A DNA stretch of 11,699 bases from a bacterium (GTDB lineage: Bacteria > Babelota > Babeliae > Babelales > RVW-14). The stretch lies in the NCBI GenBank assembly GCA_043822925.1, contig JBDRBF010000031.1:1-11699 (forward strand), given 5' to 3'. Of this stretch, positions 1 through 6,120 are shown piece after piece. Position 1 is the first letter of the stretch. The number at the start of each line of letters is the position of its first letter. The notes below the pieces were generated by a model. The model saw only the letters and a program-made list of their open reading frames with translations. It had not been told where the DNA came from and searched no databases. The position numbers were made by a program, and so were the translations under genes.

Positions 1-23
1 TAATAAAAGAAGGGGAACCAGAG

Positions 24-2501
24 ATGTGGGGACAAAAGAAGTATAATCGTTTTTCAACAATAAATTCAAAAACATTAAAAACATCAAAAACCAAAAAATA
101 TGTCGCGTATCGGGCCGAAGTTTATGGCGTGTTGCTCTCTGCAGTTTCGTTATTTTTTATTTTAGCTGTTTTTAGTTATAACCCGCTTGATGCGACATTA
201 TTTTCTTATAATAGTGGGCACGATTCTGTTGCGAATCTAGCAGGTTTTTTCGGCGCGCAATTATCTGCGATTTTATTATATTTATTTGGGTCTTCTGTAT
301 ATATGGTGCTTGCGTGTCTTGTGGTGCCGTCAGTAGTTTTGCTGTGCGGGCACGCTCGGCCAGAGCAGGACGATGCGCGCTTAATGGGGGCTCGTGGACA
401 GGATGATGGGTCTCAGTTTGCGGCTGGGATGACAGGGTGGGGTTTTGATCGTGAAGTTTACTTGAGAAAAAGTATAGTTTTTATGCCCAGCTTGGCAATT
501 TGCAGCGCGGTGCTTTGTGCTCTTTATAATGTTGATTTTACGCGTAGCTATCCTGGGGGGGTTATTGGGAGTTATGTGGCTCAAGTGATTGTTCCCTTTT
601 TTGGGTATTTTGGTGGGGCGATATTTTTGTGGGCGTTTTTTTGGATATGTGTTGCGTTTTTACTCAGACGTTCTTTGGTAAAAGATTTTGTATGCTTTGT
701 GCGTTTTATAGCGCGAAATATATGGGCTGGTTTGTGCTTTTTTGGCCGGAGTTTGCGTAATATTGCTTTCAAAAAACGCGAACAAACAAACGTTGCTGGT
801 GCTTCGGCTGTATCTGAAAAAAATGTGCAAGATACGCGAAATATACATGATATACGTGGGGCCGTCGATATCGGCGTGCATGTGCTTGGTAATAAAACAC
901 AAAATCTTGATGAGCGTGATGCTGGCGCGCGAGAAACTGTCGATTTGGCTTTTTGGCAACAGTTTGCAGATATTACGTTAAACACGAGTACTGTGCAGGG
1001 CGCCAGTTCCGGCGACTTAGATGCGCCGTTTGAGTTTGTGAATGACCGTGAAAAGCTTGTGCGAGATCTTGTGCAGGTGCTGGGTGCTATTGGGAATATA
1101 AAAGTTGGTGCGAAAAAAAATAAACGTTTATTTAAATTGCCATCGCTTAATATGTTTAAATCACAAGAACATGCAAACAAGTTGCGTCAGGTGAGCCAGG
1201 ATGCGATAGCTCAGGGCAAAAAGCTTGAAGAAAAATTACAGCATTTTGGTATTAAGGGCATTGTGAACCAGATAAAGCCTGGACCACTTATTACGATGTT
1301 TGAGTATCAGCCTGAGATTGATAGTAAGATTAGTAAAATAACAGCACTGGAAGATGATTTGGCCATGGCGCTTGCAGCTATTAGCATGCGTACGCTCGCG
1401 CCGATCCCGGGCAAAAATGCAATTGGGTTTGAGATCGCCAATAAAATTCGTGAGCAGGTTTTATTTTCTGATGTTGTTGCAACGAAAAATTTTATGCAAA
1501 CGAGTGCTGGGTTGCCAATAGCGTTGGGTGTTGATACGGTTGGGACCCCAGTAATAGAAGATTTGGTGAGCATGCCACATTTACTTATTGGTGGGTCAAC
1601 GGGTTCTGGTAAATCTGTCGGGCTTAATGCGATGGTTTCGAGTTTGTTGTGTGCGCGCACGCCTGAACAGATGAAATTAATTTTAATCGATCCTAAGCGT
1701 TTAGAATTTGCGCTTTATGCTGATATCCCGCATCTATTATTTCCGGTAATTACAAATCCGGTGCATGCAACGAGTGTGCTCAAATGGGTGGTGCAAGAGA
1801 TGGAAGACCGTTATAAAAAAATGGCAGCTATCGGTGCTCGTAATTTGTTGGAATATCAGGAGCATGAAAAAATGCCATATATTGTTGTGGTTATTGATGA
1901 GCTTGCTGACTTGATGATGGTGGCCGGTCGTGATGTAGAAATGTGTATTGTGCGCATTGCACAGCTTGCCCGTGCGGCTGGTATTCATATGATTGTGGCT
2001 ACCCAAAGGCCATCTGTTGACGTTGTGACCGGGTTAATTAAAGTAAATTTCCCGAGCCGGATTGCGTTTAGGGTTTCCTCAAAAGTAGATTCGCGTACGA
2101 TACTTGATCAACAGGGTGCTGACCGGTTATTGGGGAACGGTGATATGTTATTTAAGAATTCGGCCTCACCAATATTGACGCGTATACACGGTGCGTATAT
2201 TGCAAGTAAAGAGATAGAAGCGCTCACGGCGCATCTTAAGCTGCAGGGGGCGCCTGAGTATTTAGATTTACAGGATGTTCTGCGTACAAGTACGGGGGGG
2301 CAGCACAGTGAACAGCTTGAAGAAGAGCTCTATCCTGAGGTGCTTGAATTTTTAAAAACAGTTGAAGAAGTATCGATATCGTCTTTACAAAGGCAGTATA
2401 GAATTGGTTTTAACCGGTCTGCGCGTATCATTGAGCGGCTTGAGGTGGATGGATATCTTGCGCCGGCCCAAGGGAGCAAGCCGCGTAAAGTCTTGTATTG
2501 A
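24..2501 (+). CDS. ftsK: DNA translocase FtsK (N-terminal 4TM region, linker, alpha/beta motor, gamma winged-helix domain)
   Basis: 825 aa. Hydrophobic N-terminal helices with the SYNPLD..N..G..GA signature, Walker A PHLLIGGSTGSGKS, LIDPKRLE, Walker B YIVVVIDELADLMM, ATQRPSVDV, and C-terminal gamma domain SISSLQRQYRIGFNRSARIIE. Purine-rich AGGGGA lies upstream of the ATG. Confidence 0.97.
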   Translation: MWGQKKYNRFSTINSKTLKTSKTKKYVAYRAEVYGVLLSAVSLFFILAVFSYNPLDATLFSYNSGHDSVANLAGFFGAQLSAILLYLFGSSVYMVLACLVVPSVVLLCGHARPEQDDARLMGARGQDDGSQFAAGMTGWGFDREVYLRKSIVFMPSLAICSAVLCALYNVDFTRSYPGGVIGSYVAQVIVPFFGYFGGAIFLWAFFWICVAFLLRRSLVKDFVCFVRFIARNIWAGLCFFGRSLRNIAFKKREQTNVAGASAVSEKNVQDTRNIHDIRGAVDIGVHVLGNKTQNLDERDAGARETVDLAFWQQFADITLNTSTVQGASSGDLDAPFEFVNDREKLVRDLVQVLGAIGNIKVGAKKNKRLFKLPSLNMFKSQEHANKLRQVSQDAIAQGKKLEEKLQHFGIKGIVNQIKPGPLITMFEYQPEIDSKISKITALEDDLAMALAAISMRTLAPIPGKNAIGFEIANKIREQVLFSDVVATKNFMQTSAGLPIALGVDTVGTPVIEDLVSMPHLLIGGSTGSGKSVGLNAMVSSLLCARTPEQMKLILIDPKRLEFALYADIPHLLFPVITNPVHATSVLKWVVQEMEDRYKKMAAIGARNLLEYQEHEKMPYIVVVIDELADLMMVAGRDVEMCIVRIAQLARAAGIHMIVATQRPSVDVVTGLIKVNFPSRIAFRVSSKVDSRTILDQQGADRLLGNGDMLFKNSASPILTRIHGAYIASKEIEALTAHLKLQGAPEYLDLQDVLRTSTGGQHSEQLEEELYPEVLEFLKTVEEVSISSLQRQYRIGFNRSARIIERLEVDGYLAPAQGSKPRKVLY
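407..434 (-). repeat. Intragenic palindromic element, family C (TGTCATCC-tagged, RPE/CGTC-like), inside ftsK
   Basis: Reverse complement is TGTCATCCCAGCCGCAAACTGAGACCCA (28 nt), a hairpin TCCCAG/CTGAGA. It has the same length and 18/28 identity with the reconstructed murF element at 3945-4005. Encodes GSQFAAGMT within a hydrophilic stretch between FtsK TM helices. Confidence 0.65.
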
Positions 2502-2585
2502 CAAAGTATCTTAAAAACGGCATTTTTTTGCTTACGCATTATAAGAATCGTAGTAATGACTGTGTAATAATGGGAAAAAATAATT

Positions 2586-4190
2586 ATGTTATTAAGTCGT
2601 AATTTGCTTGCGCATGTAAAAAATGCTGTTTTTTATGTTGTTAAAAATAAGAAACTTGTTGAGCTTGAGAGTCTTGATAGCTTGATAGATAAGCATGAGC
2701 CCTTCGACCCTTCGACAAGCTCAGGGCGAGCCTCTCTTAGGGCGAGCGCTCCTAAAGAATATAAATGTGCTATCGATAGCCGTGAATTTAAAACGGGACA
2801 GGTTTTTTTTGCACTTAAGGGCCAGCGTGTTGACGGGCATAGTTTTGTTGGGAATGTTCTTACTGCTGGAGCTCGAGCCGTAATTGTGAGTGATTTATAT
2901 TCTGTTGATTCAGAAAAAGCGCTTGATGGAACATTGGTAATTCTTGTTCCTGATACGTACAAAACATTGGTAAATTTAGCTAAAGCATGGCGAGATATTC
3001 TCAAAATACCGTTTGTTGGAATTACCGGTTCGCTGGGTAAAACATCAACTAAAGAGATGCTCGGGTTTATATTAAAAAAGGCAGATATACAAGCGTTTGT
3101 TTCTCCTAAAAATTTAAATACGACGATTAGTTTGCCTATTAATATTTTGAATGTGAGCATGCAGGATAAGTTTGCCGTGTTTGAACTGGGTATTAGCACT
3201 AAAGGCGAAATGGCACAGTTGGCCGATATTTTACGTCCGGATATAGCACTTATTACGTGTATTTCTTACGCTCATGCTCAGGGGCTTGGTTCTATTGAAG
3301 AAACGGCGGCTGAAAAGCGTTTGATTTTTAAAAATTTTACGTCAACTCATATTGGTGTCGTATTTGGCGATCAGTCTGTTTTATCTGCCGTGTCATATGT
3401 GCATCCGGTGGCCAAGTTTGGTTTCAAGATGAAGAATCAGGTGCAAGCGCGCAAGGTAGAAGTAATTACTGATGCTGATGGTAATTTGTGTACAAAATTT
3501 AATTTGAAATTATATGACCAAAAAGTTCCGGTAACGTTGCCGGGTAACCATGCGGGCATGGTTAATAATGCACTTGCTGCTGCAACGCTTGCATATTTGT
3601 TGAAGGTGCCAGTACCGTATGTTGTTGCGGGAATCGAGCAGTATCCAGGTTTTGAGCATCGTTTTGAAAAACGTAAACTTAAAGATTATTCTGGGTCTAT
3701 TATCAGTGATTGTTACAATGCAAATCCAACAAGTATGAAGGCTGCGCTTAAGGCGTTTAATCAGATGGAAGCTCATGGCGCAACAAAGATTGCGGTTCTT
3801 GGGGATATGCTTGAACTTGGAGAAAAAGAAGTGTACTGGCACCGTCAAATTGGGCGGTTTTTAACAAGACATTCAGGCATAAATGTCTTGATTCTTGTCG
3901 GGCCGCTTGCCCGTTATATTGCTCAGACTGCGCCATCAATTTCTTGTCATCCTGGACTCGCCTGCCCTTCGGAGCCACTTGGGCGTAGTAGGGATCCAGG
4001 ATCCAAGCCATCAAACATAGAAATCGTTTTTGCGCAGGATTATCGTGAAGCTCAAAAGATCTTGAGCGCTTTTTTAAGTAAGGGGGTCTCTTTGGTTTTA
4101 GTTAAAGCATCTTGTGGCGTGCAATTGCGCGATGTTGTGAATGCTTTGACTGAGCCTATGGTTAAAACCCTAGGCTTAAAAATGTCGTGA
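2586..4190 (+). CDS. murF: UDP-N-acetylmuramoyl-tripeptide--D-alanyl-D-alanine ligase MurF, carrying in-frame palindromic insertions
   Basis: 534 aa. Motifs IDSR..GQVFFALKG..DGH, P-loop GITGSLGKTSTKEML, VFELG, DCYNANPTSM, VLGDMLELG and VLVKAS. Confidence 0.95.
   Translation: MLLSRNLLAHVKNAVFYVVKNKKLVELESLDSLIDKHEPFDPSTSSGRASLRASAPKEYKCAIDSREFKTGQVFFALKGQRVDGHSFVGNVLTAGARAVIVSDLYSVDSEKALDGTLVILVPDTYKTLVNLAKAWRDILKIPFVGITGSLGKTSTKEMLGFILKKADIQAFVSPKNLNTTISLPINILNVSMQDKFAVFELGISTKGEMAQLADILRPDIALITCISYAHAQGLGSIEETAAEKRLIFKNFTSTHIGVVFGDQSVLSAVSYVHPVAKFGFKMKNQVQARKVEVITDADGNLCTKFNLKLYDQKVPVTLPGNHAGMVNNALAAATLAYLLKVPVPYVVAGIEQYPGFEHRFEKRKLKDYSGSIISDCYNANPTSMKAALKAFNQMEAHGATKIAVLGDMLELGEKEVYWHRQIGRFLTRHSGINVLILVGPLARYIAQTAPSISCHPGLACPSEPLGRSRDPGSKPSNIEIVFAQDYREAQKILSAFLSKGVSLVLVKASCGVQLRDVVNALTEPMVKTLGLKMS
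2700..2748 (+). repeat. Family A palindromic element nested inside a second family A copy (within murF)
   Basis: CCCTTCGA[CCCTTCGACAAGCTCAGGGCGAGC]CTCTCTTAGGGCGAGCG. The inner copy (2708-2731) is 24 nt = 8 codons. Removing it leaves a 25-nt degenerate copy CCCTTCGACTCTCTTAGGGCGAGCG. The inner copy matches the reconstructed heparinase copy (7722-7776) at 23/24 nt. Confidence 0.85.
3945..4005 (+). repeat. Family C palindrome with a nested family B element (within murF)
   Basis: TGTCATCCTGGACTCG[CCTGCCCTTCGGAGCCACTTGGGCGTAGTAGGG]ATCCAGGATCCA. The host has a perfect 8-bp stem ATCCTGGA/TCCAGGAT. The insert (3961-3993) is 33 nt = 11 codons. Encodes CHPGLACPSEPLGRSRDPGS. Confidence 0.88.
4153..4176 (+). 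repeat. Family D palindrome encoding the last residues of MurF
   Basis: AGCCTATGGTTAAAACCCTAGGCT, a near-perfect inverted repeat. A second copy lies on the - strand at 8074-8100. Confidence 0.75.
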
Positions 4191-4214
4191 ATTTATTAAA
4201 AAAATATAAAAAAC

Positions 4215-5399
4215 ATGAAAAATTTTTGCAGGGCATTTTTGTTTGTTTTCTTTTTATCTATAGTGCCAGCTCAGGCGGGTATTTTTGATTTTGTTCTGAA
4301 TCCATTTAAAGATGCTAAAATTGGGCATTGGCTGGCGGGAGACTATGCCGTTAATATAGATGATGCTGATGGCGCTGTAGATTCGTGTGGGCTGAACAAT
4401 TTGGGCAATACGTGTTATATGAATGCGTTGCTCCAGAATTTGTATAGAGCATGGGGCCCACTTGCTTACAATGATAATTTAATGGCTGTTTTGCACGATC
4501 ATGGTTTTGTAGATTTTCGGGAGGCTCGATGCAAAATATCAAAAAGACGTGCTGAACGAGAGTGCGTTTTGTTAGTCGAACTTTTTAATCTTTTTAGGTG
4601 TATGTCAGAGACTGATCGTCTTGTGATGAGGCCAAAAAAATTTTTAGATGCATTTTTTTCTGTCGTTGAGGTGAGTAACGTTTTGCGGGGTGATTTTGAA
4701 CGGGGCGGGCAAAGTGATTCACAACAATTATTCGAGTATCTTGCAGATATTTTTTCAGATTTTTTAGAATATGCACAAAAAACGAGCATATATAATATTG
4801 GACTCGTGTCTTGTGGCCGTTGTTTGGTTTGCAATAATAGTTTTCGGGATGTTCAGAAAGTGCAGAGTCCAAATTTGTTAGTAGAAATAGGATCATCAAC
4901 GTTAGATGGGTGCTTAGATTTGTTTTTTCAAGAAAATTTTTTTGGTATAAAGGGGAATCAAGATAATCGAGCTTTTTGTGCTGCTTGTAGTGTTAATCAA
5001 GCGGGGACAAGAAAAGTTGAGCTGCAATCTATAAATCAGTTTTTGCATATCCAGTTAAATCGGTTTAGGTCTAATAATACGGGGCATGTTGTTTCAAAAA
5101 TAACGAATCAGGTATCTTTGCCTGAAATTTTAGATGTAAAAAAATTTATATCACAAGATTCAAAAATAAAGACAGAATATCGTCTTGTTGGAATAATTTT
5201 TCATGCAGGGACTGCCAAAGGGGGGCATTATTTTGCTGCTGTTAAAAATAAAACTGATAATAATTGGGTTTTGTATAATGATTCTGAAGTAACCGTGTTG
5301 GATATGGAGCAGGTGGCTTGTATGCTTGCGAGCGGCCAATTGTCTGCTGGGGTTTGGCAGGGGCAGGCTTATTTATTATGTTACGAGAACTTGGGTTGA
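4215..5399 (+). CDS. Ubiquitin-specific protease (USP/UBP, peptidase C19) family deubiquitinase with N-terminal signal peptide
   Basis: 394 aa. Cys box GLNNLGNTCYMNALLQ (C67), QSDSQQLF (QQDAxEF-like box), finger-subdomain CxxC pairs (CLVC, CAAC), LHIQLNRF, and His box YRLVGIIFHAG...GGHY (H338)...WVLYND (N355/D356). N-terminus MKNFCRAFLFVFFLSIVPAQA looks like a Sec signal ending in AxA. Confidence 0.92.
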   Translation: MKNFCRAFLFVFFLSIVPAQAGIFDFVLNPFKDAKIGHWLAGDYAVNIDDADGAVDSCGLNNLGNTCYMNALLQNLYRAWGPLAYNDNLMAVLHDHGFVDFREARCKISKRRAERECVLLVELFNLFRCMSETDRLVMRPKKFLDAFFSVVEVSNVLRGDFERGGQSDSQQLFEYLADIFSDFLEYAQKTSIYNIGLVSCGRCLVCNNSFRDVQKVQSPNLLVEIGSSTLDGCLDLFFQENFFGIKGNQDNRAFCAACSVNQAGTRKVELQSINQFLHIQLNRFRSNNTGHVVSKITNQVSLPEILDVKKFISQDSKIKTEYRLVGIIFHAGTAKGGHYFAAVKNKTDNNWVLYNDSEVTVLDMEQVACMLASGQLSAGVWQGQAYLLCYENLG

Positions 5400-5450
5400 T
5401 TTATTAAAAACTCTCCCCGTGTCGTTTTCTTATCCAGTTTATCGTTAATC

Positions 5451-5479
5451 TTGTTTGATATGTAAAAAAGAGATACTGT
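5451..5479 (+). promoter_or_regulatory. Possible sigma70-type promoter for the 186-aa ORF
   Basis: TTGTTT-17 nt-TACTGT in the 160-bp intergenic gap, plus an AGGAG ribosome-binding site just upstream of the ATG at 5560. Motif match only. Confidence 0.3.
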
Positions 5480-5559
5480 AAGAGAAGAAGGAGTTCGCAG
5501 TAGTATAAAAAAATAATGCAGCCGGTTAATACAAAAAGACTTTTTTACAGGAGAGAGTC

Positions 5560-6120
5560 ATGGACATCAAAAAGGACGAAAGCTGGGCAAGATCTGTTTT
5601 TGTAGATAATGATGAGTTTCTCAAAACTATTTTGGCTATTCCCAGAAAAATTCTCGACAACCATGAGGTTGACGGCTTGGCTCAAATGGTTTTACATGAA
5701 CTTGGACAAGAAAAAAATCTGGATTTAAAGCGTGCTTATTTTATGGTCAGCAGTCCAGATTTTAATCATGTTAGAGGGGTTGCAGGGTTTTGTAGTCAAG
5801 AATCTTCAGATAGCTGCCAGGTGATGTGGCAAGATCCAAATCTGTTTCATCAAAAAATACAAACATCTGCGTTTCATGAAAATATGAAAAAGTTTTTGCA
5901 AAAAGAAGATTTTCATCGGGATGGTGTTGTCCAAAGTTCTAAATATATCGATGATATAAAAGCCATACTTAATATAGAATCACCATCGGTTTATACCTGG
6001 AATTTGCGTAATAATAATAAAGGTATATTGATATTTGAAGAAAGCCAAAAGCGCTTATGTACCTGTCATCCAGAAGTGCTTGAGCATGTTACGGCGTTGC
6101 TTGGTTTGTGTCCATTATAG
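5560..6120 (+). CDS. Hypothetical protein, possibly a stand-alone GAF-like domain
   Basis: 186 aa with a good RBS (CAGGAGAGAGTCATG). The pattern helix-helix, RAYFMV...VRGVAG, then GILIF, then terminal helix loosely resembles GAF folds. The function call is tentative. Confidence 0.75.
   Translation: MDIKKDESWARSVFVDNDEFLKTILAIPRKILDNHEVDGLAQMVLHELGQEKNLDLKRAYFMVSSPDFNHVRGVAGFCSQESSDSCQVMWQDPNLFHQKIQTSAFHENMKKFLQKEDFHRDGVVQSSKYIDDIKAILNIESPSVYTWNLRNNNKGILIFEESQKRLCTCHPEVLEHVTALLGLCPL

Noticed and set aside
995-1030. Weak hairpin CGCCAGTTCCGGCG in the FtsK linker
   Set aside because: Short mismatched stem with no family tag, in a naturally variable linker.
2498-2526. TTGACA overlapping the ftsK stop as a murF promoter
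   Set aside because: The hexamer at 17-nt spacing is CATTTT, a poor -10 match, so support is insufficient.
6064-6085. TGTCATCC tag in the hypothetical gene (possible family C copy)
   Set aside because: No complementary arm or GAYCCA end follows, so it is probably a chance 8-mer.
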